From the NCBI GenBank assembly GCA_029953675.1, contig JAMWBK010000008.1, positions 372,001-436,000 of the forward strand: 64,000 nucleotides of DNA. Direction: 5' to 3'. The position numbers and the translations under genes were made by a program. Below are positions 37,266 through 49,779 of the stretch, piece by piece. The stretch comes from Rhodosorus marinus CCMP1338 (taxonomy: Eukaryota > Plantae > Rhodophyta). The stretch's first letter is position 1, and each line of letters starts with the position of its first letter. Under the pieces are notes generated by a model, which was given only the letters and a program-made list of their open reading frames with translations, was not told the DNA's origin and made no database searches.

Positions 37266-37696
37266 AGAGCGACTGAATAGACACCACCATGGCATATGTA
37301 GTTGCATTCAAGTTTTAATGCAAGGCCTTTCGGAATCATCAACCATCTGAAGAGCGAGCTCCGTTTTCTTCCTTCCCTTTCCTTTGAGTTTGTAGTTTGT
37401 CCCTCGGATCGCGATGCCAGCGAGCTTTGTAAGCCATCACGGTAAGTTGCTCTGGCTGCCAAGCAAGAAGGACCGCATCAGAACCCACACCGAAGGTAAG
37501 AATGAAGAGGCTTCCTAAAAGCCCTCCGCTAGCGCCTTCCGAGCAACCAAATTCTCTTTCAAGCTCCAGAGCCGAAGTTTTCTGTTTCATCGGAGTAGTG
37601 AGTAGTGTACTCTTGGGACTACGAACAGCCACAGAAAAGGGTGACGGTTGTGCTAAAAACACAACCGTCCGACCCTTAAAGCAAAGATGAACAAGA

Positions 37697-37769
37697 CAAC
37701 CGCGACGGGACTCGAACCCGCAATCTTCAGATCCGAAGTCTGACGCCTTATCCGTTAGGCCACGCAGCT
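37697..37769 (-). tRNA. trnR-UCG: tRNA-Arg (anticodon UCG), 73 nt, intronless
   Basis: AGCTGCGTGGCCTAACGGATAAGGCG-TCAGA-CTTCGGA-TCTGA-AGATTGCGGGTTCGAGTCCCGT-CGCGGTT-G folds into a full cloverleaf. Confidence 0.96.
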
Positions 37770-40753
37770 ACTACTTGGCCTTGGAAAATAATCAATATAT
37801 AGATTATAGCTTTTTTGACGGGAAATTGCGATTTTAAGAGTTCTCGGGGCTAGTGCCTTATCCGCACATTTTCCTTTCCAACTAACTTGATTAGGGATAT
37901 TCCTAGCGCACGTGAACAAGTGCATGGAGCATTCGATCGACAAGGTTGGAGAAGAGTTCGTTGTGCTCTCTCTCTACTTGCTGTCTTGCATTCAGCCACA
38001 ACGATGCCTATCTCGGCCGGTATTTAGCATTGGCAAGTTACTAAACCAAGCTCGAACTGCGTGCTTTGCGGTCTAGGATACTTCGGCTTGACTCTCTACT
38101 CCGTCACTGAGAAACGCGTTTTCAAGGACCGGTGGAGAAAGGGTGAATCAATAATCGCACTTGTCGTCGCATTCCATTGAAAGCGTGCGGGGTAAGCGCT
38201 AATGACTGTATGAATAGCCCGGCAACTTTCGAAATCGATGTATCTGAAATAGGAGGAATATGGTGCATGCGAAAAAGAGCTTTGACTGTACACAGCGTGG
38301 GTCCGTTTCAAACTACCCCAAACCGATTCCGGTTTCCCCCGAAACGAAATCAAATGCTTGTTTCTCTCGGTGTCTTTTCGCTTCGGACTTGGGGTATTTC
38401 TCAGCTTCTCGTGGGACTGTTTCAAACTGGCCCCAGGTTATTGCGGCTTCCACCGACAAGACTGTAGCTTTCCGTATTTCAGTAGTAAGGGGTTACTTCA
38501 ATCATCAGCTCTTTCCTCCCCCTCCCCCCCTTTCGCGCCCTGACTCAACTGCCACGGTGCCCGCAGTGCACATCACATACAAAATCCATTCCCACCCATC
38601 AAAAAAAAACAGGTAGAAAGTTTATTCATTTTTCTACGAGCTCCAGCGGGCATAGTACTAGTACTTGATGTACGATGAGCTACTAGGATCTGTAACGGCT
38701 TAGAAACTTCAAACCGGACAATCTCAAAAACGAGAGAAAAAAAAGAGAGGATGAATTTGGGAGTTTTCTTGAAGGTTCATAGCAAACAGCCAATCATGTT
38801 GTGATTCTTCATCCAGCCTCCTCCTGTTTTTCACTAAAAAAGGGGGAGGGTGGCAATTACGTGGTAGAACTGTTACCTTTTTAATATTGAAAACAAGAAG
38901 ATCAGTGGAAGAGCCTCTCAATCTCGCGTATCGTTGGATAAAGGTGTAGAATATCAAGAGTGGATTGGTCAAAGTTTTTAATCATTCATTGAATATTTAT
39001 TGTTGAGGATTTTTCTAGATATAATACGTCCAACATTGAACGGGCGGACACGTGAGAAGCGAAAATTAGATGATAATACCGGCCCTAAATTTGATGACAA
39101 TAAAGTTCCTAAAAATATCATTAATGTGATAAAATACCATTCATGGAATTGGTATAACCCCCTTAAAGTAAAAAGTAAATTTTTGCTCGCTAAGAACATG
39201 AATTTACCCAATCATACGAAGATTCCCTTTTAATCGTTTTTAATTGGACAATAAATATCACGTACCTAAGCTCGGCGTGACCCCTAATTTGATTCGCTAC
39301 TCATATTAATATTTCAGAATAAACTGGAGCCAACTGACAGAGATCATAAGTACCAGAAAATGTCAATCGAGCAGGCTAGCCTCTTTTCTAGGGGGGGGGG
39401 TGCGAGCACTATTCATGGTTGCCTTGCTGGCTGACAGAGAACTCAAAAATCGAAGAAGAAACGAGGACCAGGACATGTGTAAATTGAAATTTTCTCCTAT
39501 ACTGTTTTTATAAGTAAATATGATGTTATGAGCGGGGTATGCATATTTGATACTACCCTTATATGTTTATGCTTAATGTCAACCACGTTGTTCGGGGATT
39601 CTCGTAATCGGATCATGGACAGGATAAGGGGGGGTAGGGGAGGTGTTGAGCAACTTGGATTTGCGTGGCAAAGAGCAATGGCCGCCGAAATGATAGACTG
39701 AATTTTTTTTTGGCGAGATGATGAAATGGAATTGTGTTCTCAGGAGCAGTTGGGAACATGCTGAGAGCTAATGAAAGCACACTTGGCGTCGGATGTGGAT
39801 ATGTGTCTCCATCGCCATGATGGTGAGGAGCAAATGCACGAATCCAGGTCTCCTCGAAGACGGGACTATGAAAACGTTGCTTATTGCAGGGGTTATGGGG
39901 TGTCCTAATGAAACAAGCTGGACGAGAAGGAACTCAACACCCTAAGGCCCGCCCCCCTTTCAAAAACACACGGTACTTAGTTGTAGCTTTGGGAGATAAG
40001 ATATCACCAAGTGGACATTGTACGGCAGCGAGGAAAGAAAAAATTCCATGGCGACACAATTACCCTCCCCCCCCTCCACAAAACCCATCGCTTTCTACCG
40101 AAACGCTCGATGAGTACACACACTCTAGCGACCGGTCCACCACTACTTTCTCGAAACTATAAGTCTTTCCTACTGCTCAAGAGCGATGATAAAACCGAAC
40201 AAAACGAAATTTTTTCAGGACCGCTTGGCAAAAATCCTGAAAATACGCTCTCAAAACGTGCGCTTTAAAGTTTGTATTGTTCCCTCACATCTCCAGCGCT
40301 CTTCTCTCTCTCTCTCTCTCTTGGATTGGGAACGATTCGCTTTGTTCCAGTAGCTAGGTTCCAGTAGCCATCAACACTGACGCACTGTCTAGCTAGCTAG
40401 CTCCCATCGCCATAGATAATATCGCTCTCAAGTATATTTTCGTTTCTCGCGCCTCTCGCCCGCAACAAAAAGCCTTTCAGTTTCCGGACTTCCCCAAAAA
40501 TTGCTGCCCACACTTCTGAACGAGGAAAATTTATAGACACATACTTTTTTGCTTGGCGGAATTTGTTGGTCATTTGCTGCGTGGCTTTTCAGAGTATGTC
40601 CGTTTGCTTTTCTTTGACGCTTGTGGTCGTCTTGTTCAAGACGGGTTTGGCATGAGAAGAGTGTGGTGAGGACGTTGTGGGTGTGGAGTTGAGAAGTGGG
40701 GATTGAGCAGTGTGGGTGAGGTTAGGATGAAGTGAGAAGGGTGTAAAGGAGGG

Positions 40754-41545
40754 ATGAACGTTGATGATGTTGAGGATGGGGGATGGATGGAGAGGGGAGG
40801 TGGAGATATTGGGCGTAAGAGTTGGACAGTTGAGGAGGAGGTCAAGCTTTTGAAGCTCTTGGCAGAGTTTGAGATGTTCCGTGGCCATGGTAAGGGGAAG
40901 AAAGGGCGCGGAAAGTTTGAACCGATGGCCATCAAGATGAACCACCTGTTTCACGCGAAAAATGGCTCAAAATATCCAATGCGGAGCTGGGAGAATCTCA
41001 GGGTCAAGGCCAACAACCTCAGGGCAAAGTACGAGGTCGTGAAGAGAAAAGTACTCTTGGAGGATAATGACGGGGCAGTAGATCAAGGGATGGATACGTG
41101 GCAACACTTTAAGCTTTGTCATGATGTCTTTGGGAAGGATTCAATGGATGGGAAGGAGGAACATGAGGTCGAGAAGACTTCTGAAGAGGAGAGCAAGCAA
41201 TCCCCGTGTGCTGATCGTTCTGTGGGTACAACAAATCTGAATGCAAAGGATAAAAACCCCTTAATAGAAGCGATAAAAGTCCTGGAGAAGCGAAGGGAGA
41301 CGAGAAGGGCCGAAACAGACAGACAGCGAAAAGTGCGAGACCAGGAATTCAACAGCGAGATCGAAAAACTACGATTCGAAACGAGAAAGTTTCTGGATCT
41401 TCAATTGGACAGACTAAGAAGCGAACAGAGGCTCAGAATGCAAGAACTTGAAGGAAAAATAACACATTTAATCCAGAGCTCAATCAACCACACCCCTTCC
41501 GCAGACAACGATACTACCCTCAATCTGAAGAGTAGAGTACATTAA
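40754..41545 (+). CDS. Myb/SANT-like (trihelix) DNA-binding protein with C-terminal coiled coil, intronless
   Basis: SWTVEEEVKLL..F..MAIKM..RSWENLRVKANNLRAKYE..WQHFKLCHDVFG pattern, then an EKRRE..RQRK coiled coil. Confidence 0.78.
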   Translation: MNVDDVEDGGWMERGGGDIGRKSWTVEEEVKLLKLLAEFEMFRGHGKGKKGRGKFEPMAIKMNHLFHAKNGSKYPMRSWENLRVKANNLRAKYEVVKRKVLLEDNDGAVDQGMDTWQHFKLCHDVFGKDSMDGKEEHEVEKTSEEESKQSPCADRSVGTTNLNAKDKNPLIEAIKVLEKRRETRRAETDRQRKVRDQEFNSEIEKLRFETRKFLDLQLDRLRSEQRLRMQELEGKITHLIQSSINHTPSADNDTTLNLKSRVH

Positions 41546-42517
41546 TAAGCCCGTTCCTCTTCTTGCAAAGTTTCTTTCCCCTTCGTCACCACGAGACGAC
41601 TTGTTCCTACTTTCCAACGGTCCACGGGCCTCTTGTCTACTCCGAGGCTACAACCACGCGTTCTCTAGCAATTATTGTAGGAGTTAGCCTCGAAACAATG
41701 CCATTTGCACTGGATTCGACCAAGAGGGGGGAGGGGAAGAGCTAGGAGACACAGCCCCCGGAAGGCAGCATCTCGACAGAGACGACTCAAGGAGGAAAAC
41801 AAAGAATTGATGAGGCGGTTGTCGTTGTAAGCTACAATGAGAGCGACCCTTTCTTGTATTACTAAATAAACGTTATGTCCTTTCATGCAATCAGCTCCTT
41901 TATGTGAAACAGACAAGCGCATGCCCAAGATGGTCGAATTCAAAGCTCACCAAGCTTCTCAGCCTGTCCCCAAACCTAGACCTGGCTCACCCGATAGACC
42001 GATGAGAGGCACTACTCTACTTCTGTCATATTGAATGGGAATTGCCGAAGTCATCCTCCATTCTGCCCTGGATCCCTTCGTTTGTTCACCAAAATTATCT
42101 GTCATTCCGCAGCTCCGCCTCCTGGATGGGCATTCCCGAGAGGAAGTCTGATACTTCCCCCCGATGGACAGACCACTCATCCCTATTGAGAATTTTCTTT
42201 GCGTTGTTTAGAACGCGAAAACTTCGAAATCGAACAGTATTCACAGCTGGTATCAATCAGAGCTACCCAAAGCCATTCCGAGTCCCCGTCTTGATCAATA
42301 TGCACCCCTTCAGAAAGATCTCCATAAGCAATCAAAGGCCAGCCCGATAAAGACCCAAAGGCAAGAAGTATATGAATTGATTGAATAGCTATTTTCGAAG
42401 ATTTCGAGCGAATTGTTGATTGAAGCAGGCAACCGAATTTCATATAATCCTTCGGAATTAGTTTAATTAAAGGAATATATCCTAAATAGAATTTATATAG
42501 GTTGGGCTTTTTTGTAT

Positions 42518-44550
42518 TTATGTTGCAATGGGCTGGCTGTGGACTCTGATGAGCGATTCATAGACGAGCGAGCTGTTGACGTGATGGACTGACCTCTCAA
42601 GAGCTGTGACGACGGCGTGTCTTTCGATTTCTACGAGTTCCTTTTCATAGTGGCTGAGCCTTGTACCGTCTGAGTCCACGGCAAGTCTGACGGTGCTGAG
42701 CCACACCGCGGTCCACCTCGTTCGCTGATCCTCTCTCAGGCCTCTGTTGTCTACGGATAGGAAAGGTTCCGCACATGTGGATATGTACACTAGTTGTGCT
42801 ACCGCTTCTTCATTATCTCCAAGCACCCGATCCTGGCGTAGACTTCGAGCAATCATCAGCAGCTCTATCGCCCGCCCCAGGTTCTTCGCCCCGACCTGCT
42901 CCTTGATCACCGGTATCAAGCAATCCTCGATCCAGTACGAGTGAGCAGACAGAATGTCTCCAAGACCTCCGACTCTAGTCAAGCAGTCCTCATCTTGTTC
43001 AACCAGTCTAGTCACGCATGCAATAAGCTGATCCAGCGCCATTTTGCTTGTGGATCCCTTCAACAAGCTCAAAACTGGGCGCAGTTGACTCTCAAGGAGG
43101 TCCGTGAACAAGGTGTGCTCGGAGCACACGTATCTCTGCGAAAAGCGTCGAGATGCAGAACACGACAACTCAGATATATCTCGCAAAGCCTCTAGTGCAT
43201 CTAGTCCCGTGTTTTCATTTCTTACCACACTTCTAGCGAACGCATTGAGCACTGTAAGGCGCTCGGGTCTGTCTGACGGCCATCCTTGTGTTGTCAACCT
43301 GCTCAAAACCGTCATGAAGACATCAGCCTCCAAAGTTGAAGCGACTGCAAGCTCCCAAAGCCTGGAAATATACTCTGCTTCAATTACGATCCTTTCTTCC
43401 GCATCGAAGTCCATGATCAGGTCCAGCTGCTTTCTTAGGACGTTGTGTGAAACGCAGAACAGACTGCACCGTGACTCTGTCGAAAGATGGTTCAGACCCG
43501 AGGAGTCGAGTGAAGACATACTATTCACAAGGCCCTCCTCCAAGCACGGGTTGAGCAGATCCTCATCCATTCGAACTTGATTCGACAGCATCTCGCTTAG
43601 GTAGGAATCAAGCAACTGCCATGCTGGTGTGAACGACGTTTTGGTCAGCTTCGTGACACGCTCTTCGAACTTGAAACACGTTTCTGCAGCGGTGTTGAAT
43701 CCAGTAAGTTGGGAGTGGAGTGCCGGGCCTTACAAGCGAAAGAAGAATTCCGTACCATGGGAGGGGGAACCCCTCATGCTGCGCCTCACACAAGCAATTG
43801 CCTCCTCTGCAACCGCCTGCTGGACTAGTTCATCGATACGTTCCTTGTCCTGCTCGCCCTCACGAAAGGGTAACACATCGACAAGCTTCGAGTGTGTCAG
43901 GTTGATCAGGGCCTTTCTGGCCCAAGACGAGGCTCTCTTTTCAGCTTCATTCTCTGGAAGAGTATTGCAGAAGTAGATGAAGCATAACATCACGCGGTAT
44001 GCAATGGGCGCCGCCCTGACTTGATTGCTCTTCGCGATCTCCAGTAAAGCCTTTGGGGACTGCGGAAGCTGGTTCACCACCACCGACACGGGAAGCGCTT
44101 CAAAAACCTAACCAAGGCACGTCAGCAAGGTTGGCTGTCTAGTTTGCAATGAGGACCTGTTGAGGTGTCCCGTCTCAACTTGTAATGCTCACCGTCAGAA
44201 GGTTCTTGAGGAGCTGCCCTAGCGCGTCTCCCTCCATACTATCCGCCGCGCCACCGCCTCCGCCGTGAAGAACGGAATCCAAACCAGCGCGCAGACTTGA
44301 GATCATCTCTTCGCGCTCGCTCAAATTCATCATAGCTTTTCTGAAGAAGATCAAGCGTTCCTGGCTGCCTCATCAACTTCAATCGATATCCGCTAATCTC
44401 TTTCACCAATTGCGTCTTGTTCGCCCTTGCCATCCTCTGCCTGCTACGGGATCGGACTGGGGAGCACGTCAGGGAATTGATATCTGATGCTAGGTAGAGT
44501 CTTGATTCCGCCTCCACCCTTTGGAGATGCGAATGCTCGGGTGGTGACAT
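42518..44550 (-). CDS. Hypothetical multi-exon, Leu-rich helical protein
   Basis: Three long ORFs on the same strand (44239-44550, 43730-44089, 42518-43615 of 365 aa) with coding-like composition. No family recognised. Confidence 0.65.
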
Positions 44551-44856
44551 AATTATCTCTTGTTGTCAACGGGACTTTTGATTCCGACACCAGTCGAACG
44601 GTGCAGGGAGAGAAATGCGTTGGATTGCCGTTGGAGTCGTGGGTGGGTGTGATTGGGAAGTTAGCTCCAGGTAGATCACTGTGGCGGTTCGATTTTTTAT
44701 TCTAAAAAACTTAGGGATTGCTAGGGGTTCTAGCTGATTTTTTCAGGGTAAGGATATCCCCTTACCCAACAGGATATCTGTTTCGGTTGACTGGTGGAAA
44801 CGTAGACTGTTTGACCGGAGTTTTGGAGTGGGGGCGCTGGTCAGGTGGGGTTTGGG

Positions 44857-45648
44857 TTAGAACACTGCCAAGTTCACGAATTTCCATTCTGGTTTTGGCG
44901 GTACCGCCTGTGCGTCCTCTGATTCTACACTGTAAAGCGATTTAAACTCCCAGAGCTCGTGTTTCCACTTCGAGGGCTTCCCTGCATTAAGCTTGGCCTT
45001 CAAAATTATCTCCATCTCTACCTTGGAGAACGTTATTTGCAGACCGTCCTGTGAAAGCTCTTCAAAAGTCGCCGTCCTCACCTTGGCATCCTCAAACTCT
45101 AGCTTGATCCCTTCGTTTGAGTTGCGAAGGTAGTTGAAGTAGCCCTCCAAGTCACCCTCTGCTTCATCACTGAAGGACGGCCACATTATCGAAAAGCCTA
45201 GTTAGCACACGGTCGGAAAGCATGCCATGGAATACCAACGTAGTGCTGGTTTGACTCACTTTAACCCTTTGAAATCACCGCTCTCCAGGCAATCAGAGAC
45301 CCTCCCAACGCAGTTTTTGGCTCCGTCAATCATCTCTTCCTCCGAACAGCCAATGGTTTTAAGTCCTTCTCTGACCATAAACCTGCTCTTAGAAAGAACT
45401 CGGTTTATGAGCAATCAAGGCCCTAGCGTTCTCTCGCACAAGCAGCGCCAGGCAGTCAGCCAGCTAGCCAGCCATACGTACCATCGCACACTTCTCCATA
45501 AAATACTCTCCTTTAACCATTCTGGCTTTTCAGGGTAAAACGTCCCTGAATCAAATTTCTCCTTCTCACCCCCAGTTTCACACAGGCCTCGATACAGAGA
45601 AGCGCCAACGCTTCTCCTCCTCAAAGTTTGCATCATCTTCATCGCCAT
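44857..45648 (-). CDS. Mitochondrial Tim44-like (MRPL45/Mba1-type) domain protein, 3 exons
   Basis: Presequence MAMKMMQTLRRRSV; EEEMIDGAKNCVGRVSDCLESGDFKGL; C-terminal HELWEFKS..PEWKFVNL. Introns close in frame. Confidence 0.6.
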
Positions 45649-46124
45649 AATCGCAGAGAACTCTAGTCAAGCTGAGTTGTTCAAACCCAGAGACCACTGT
45701 CCAACATGCCCTCCACCCTTCTGTACTTGTTTCAGTCCCAAGATGGAGCTCTAACATGTCTTGCGGGAGACCCGAATTCCCCTCTCATCCCGTGTGGAGA
45801 AGCGGTTCCGGGGCATGCCCCCATTTGCCCCATAGACACGCGGCAGCAGATTTCAACCTTTTCGATGCCTTCATCGCACCGGAGCTTACTTGCCCCCGAG
45901 GCAAAGGCTTGTCGTAGATTAGTTTTCCCAAAAAAGGGCCGAAGAACCCCAACCAGTGAGGTGGAACTACTGCCTTCATGTCTGCAGGACTGCTGCTGAT
46001 ATAAGCTGATTTCCTCTTCATCAATTAGTACAAGGTCTTGAGCTTCTGTCGACGTCTGATTTACATCTGTGCACACATAATCTGCCAACTTGGACTGGTG
46101 TTTCCACGACCTGCCTGTGAACCG

Positions 46125-47098
46125 TCAGTAGATTTCAGGATGTGTTTGCAGCCAGTCGGAAGTCGCGGAAAGCCCACCAAAGGGGAAGATGTGAAGCCCT
46201 GATCGAGGAGATGTTGCCTTGACGAGCTTCACCTGTTGATCAGGTGATGTTTTGCTTGTGTCTTCCGCCGCTATGCCTTTCTCTGAGAGGCCAAGCTCCT
46301 TTGTAAACCGGCGAAGTCTTTCAACCTTGACCGGGCCCACCACACCAACGTGTAGATCTTCTTCTCTTACGAAAACACCACCGTTCTGTTTCAGCCAATT
46401 TTCGAGGTCACCGTCATCACAACAAAACTGGGTGATGAGCTTCAGATGGAGACCTGAGTCCTCACAGGCTTTCACCTGTTCAAGACAGAAGCAGGTTCTA
46501 TCTCAGGGTTCGAGCTCTTTAGGAAACACTTTAGAGCACAGATGCAAACCTTCTTTCTAAGAGCTTCCAGTTCATCGTCCTCCGAGCTCCCATGCCGTGG
46601 TTGGGGAAACGCAGACATGAAGACTCTCTGGATTCCGTTCTTCTGCAACAGCATCGAGCTGATGAACTCGGTGCTACTCGAGCACATGGAGGAAGAACTT
46701 GAAGGCGTCACCTGGTGATCGCCGCTAATCAACAGGGCCTGTTCAACGGAGATACGCTTCGTCAAATCACGAAGTGCATCACCGGCCTCCACAAATGTCC
46801 TGAATCGTCTCGTTGCAATGTGAGGAACTGGGTTCATTCCCATGTTTGCTAACTCGACAGAGGCTTCGATAATCTCCGAGTACGGCGCACTCGCGAGGTG
46901 TGGAATGAAGACGGACATTCCCTCAGGAAGCAGTTGTCTAACTTTCTCGCCTGCTTTCTTTATCATCGTCGGAGTTAACTCCACGCTCACTCGCATGGAA
47001 TCCGTCGTCGACGTCGAGCATGCTCTTTGAAGGAGTCCTCTTCCAAGCCGTCGCGGAATTAAAACCGCCGCACTCGAGAACGCGGACACCATCCTCAC
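46125..47098 (-). CDS. metF: Short bacterial-type methylenetetrahydrofolate reductase (MetF-like TIM barrel) with organellar targeting peptide; one intron (46549-46476)
   Basis: VSVELTP, GMSVFIPHL, GMNPVPHIATRR, ALLISGD, LITQFC, VGVVGP and HIFPFGGL motifs. About 300 aa, with no regulatory domain. Confidence 0.78.
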
Positions 47099-47902
47099 TC
47101 AGCTTCCTCCTAAGGAACAAGTCCGCTGCTCCTGCTTCAGATCGTCTTCCTAAGAACGTCTATAGTTTTCTTGAGACCTATGGAAGACCAATACTACATT
47201 CCGAGGTTTCGTTGCCGAGGAAGAAGGTAGGGATCCATCTCTTACATTCCTCGCCGATCTAGAGCTTCTATACTTCTTGAGGAGGGGCGAGTAAAGGAAG
47301 GTAAACATGCGATAGTAGCCTCTTCTGTATTAGAGAATATTGGCCTGATCGTCAACGGAAGAATGTGCTAGCGTAGCACATATCAAGAATATTACCTTCA
47401 AAGGTAGCGAGCCTTCGACTAGGTTTCTTGTGCGCTCTTAGACTGAGCATCTGCCGCATGTACGACGCAGTGATTGTGCTTGAAAACGAAGCCAACAGCG
47501 CTTAGGAGACAAATATTTCACTATCATGCCAGTGTGTTGGGGGGTTTGTCAGAATCGCAAAGGAGGACGGGGAGAGGGTTGGGGATGTCACTTGGCAGTG
47601 GACTATGGGTGTGACTGTCCCTCATTACTTTCTACGTCGTTGAGGAATACACGTCTCCGATAAAAAAGACTGGATAGAATAAAGAGGAGCCCCCGCACGA
47701 CGCCCCTAAAATGCGCCCCCAAAATCCAGACCAGAGGGGACCTTCTGACCCACGGGATGCAGTTGTTCTGTATGAAAAGTTCGGAGGCATTTCCAGTCCT
47801 ACACCGGTTGTAGCTTCCCAACGGAACAGTCGCTAGCTGTAGGGATCCATACGAGAGGCTATGGTAGCGGGTTGAGCGATGAATTGGGAGGAGAGCTATT
47901 TG

Positions 47903-48050
47903 CAAGCATGGGCCTCAGCCGGGGAAACTCCAGACTAATGCAAGCATGGGTCTCACACCCGGGGTAACTCCAGACTAATTCAAGCATGGTCTCATTGTTG
48001 TTATATCTCACGTATCCTTAGTATCCTTAGTATCCTTAGTGATCCTTGGT
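47903..48050. repeat. 38-40-bp tandem repeat (about 2.3 units) followed by (TATCCTTAG)3 plus one variant
   Basis: caagcatgg at 47903, 47941 and 47981; tatccttag at 48013, 48022 and 48031. Confidence 0.9.
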
Positions 48051-48159
48051 GTTGGGAGTTAGACATCATAGTAAACGACAAGGAGGGTAATTACCACCGC
48101 TTTCGGCATCCGAAGACCGGTAATTATTCTGAGAATAAATACCGTATTCTATATTACTA

Positions 48160-49200
48160 GAAGTGCACACTTCGAAATCAGTGAGTGTAAGTGGCGGAAA
48201 AGCGGGGACGGTCATGAGCCACTGAGAGCTAATACACCCCCCAAGCCTACGCAGGCAGGCCGATTTGCACGGATGCGTTGCTAAACCCCCTTTCTTGGGA
48301 CTTGCACCGTGCTGCCTATGGCCCACTTCTCGCGCAGATGGTCTCATCTTCCCGAGATCGCGCCCGCCTGCGTAGTCCTGGAGGGCGTATTAGCTCTCAG
48401 TGGCTCATGACCGTCCCCGCTTGTCCGCCGATCACACTCACAGATTTCGAACCGCGCTTCTCTGCGCTTATACCTCGGCTTGCATCAGCCGCTCTGGCCT
48501 TCCAAGATGGGTTCGCCGTGCCCTCTATGCTCTCAGATCGAAGACACCGCGGTTTTTGGGACCCACCTGCTCGCCAGCTGCCCCGCTGTGAAAGGCGGCC
48601 GAACCCGACGACATACGCTGATCTTGAACCGGTTATACCGCGAACTTCGGCCTATCGTACGGCAAGCCGGTCTTGAAATTGAAAGTGCGAAGCCAGACTA
48701 CCAAAATGATGAACGCCGCGCAGCTGACCTCGTGGTCACATTTGACGATAGTCGCCGTCACGACGTACATTGATCTTTCTGCTCCTAATCCTCAGGCTAG
48801 TCGTTATTTGCCGACTGCGGGAGAGCGCCGTGGATTTGCCGCTGCCAGTATGAGACGTCGCAAAGAGCTGAAATATGCAGGGGCTTTGTCTCCCTCAGGC
48901 ATTCATGCTTCGGCTCTGGCTCATCGCCTGGTACCTCCTGTCATTGAGTGCTTTGAGTTCATGGATTCCGTTGGTTCTCGGTGCCTTCGGGAATTGTTCC
49001 GCGAACGCCCCGACCGTCTGTCGTCGTTGTTTACCCATTAAGTTTCTTGCTGTGGCGTATGAACGCTGCTTTGATGCTGGAGGCGCACGATCTTCGCCGC
49101 GCTGTGTCTTTTTTCCCCCTCCGGGTTTTTTCTTTCAGTCTCCGATGAAACAAATTCATCCATTAGTACTAACAATTCGGAGAAAATATATTTACGAACA
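48160..49200 (+). mobile_element. CRE-like non-LTR retrotransposon 3' segment (CCHC knuckle, REL nuclease, 3' UTR), preceded by an inverted copy of its own 5' part
   Basis: SQWLMTVP.., CPLCSQIEDT..HLLASC..GGRTRRH.., RRAADLVVTFDD..IDLSAP..GFAAASMRRRKELKY..LVPPVIECF. Confidence 0.85.
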
Positions 49201-49779
49201 GTATTAGTAATATATGAACTATTACCGATTTGATTTAGTTGTTAAACGGAGGTTTTTGAACTTCTCGGCGGCATGACCAACGGAAACGATGCTGGACTAC
49301 TCCCACAGGGACACTGTCAGATTAAATGGGATGCGGACATTGCTCCGTTCGATTTCTCGAGGAGGGTCTTCGCGGAGACAGTCGACCGTGGTATGTTCTG
49401 TTTTCGGTAAGGACAATAAAGTCGCGGAGAGCGGACCGGGACCAGGAGGTTCTCCACCATCAACCATACCGAATCGAAGACCTGCAAGGCCTTCTTCAAG
49501 AAGCGACGCCGCCTCACCCCTCTTGGGCGTTGGGTTTGTGGGCTTTTCCTTCGTTAACTCAGAAGCTAGGGTTTAACAGTAGTTAGGCTCTGAATAGAAC
49601 TGATGACGATGGTTTAACTCGAAACGACCGGATTACCTCAGAATCCCGCGTTTCCGTTTTTATTTTGTTTGGTTAATATTTTCAAGGTCTATATTTACTT
49701 TGTGACTGAGTACCTTGTGAGTCAATGAAGTGAGTGATTCGGCGCTAGGTTCCGTGAACCTCGCGCGAGAGGGCCACTG

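Noticed and set aside
41560-42443. Minus-strand ORFs next to the Myb/SANT gene as a Harbinger transposase partner
   Set aside because: No DDE_Tnp_4 motifs (DGT, GDxGY), and the best spliced model is under 50 aa.
45732-46088. 118-aa ORF between the MTHFR-like and Tim44-like genes
   Set aside because: Starts at TTG, has no recognisable domain, and a competing frame is equally plausible.
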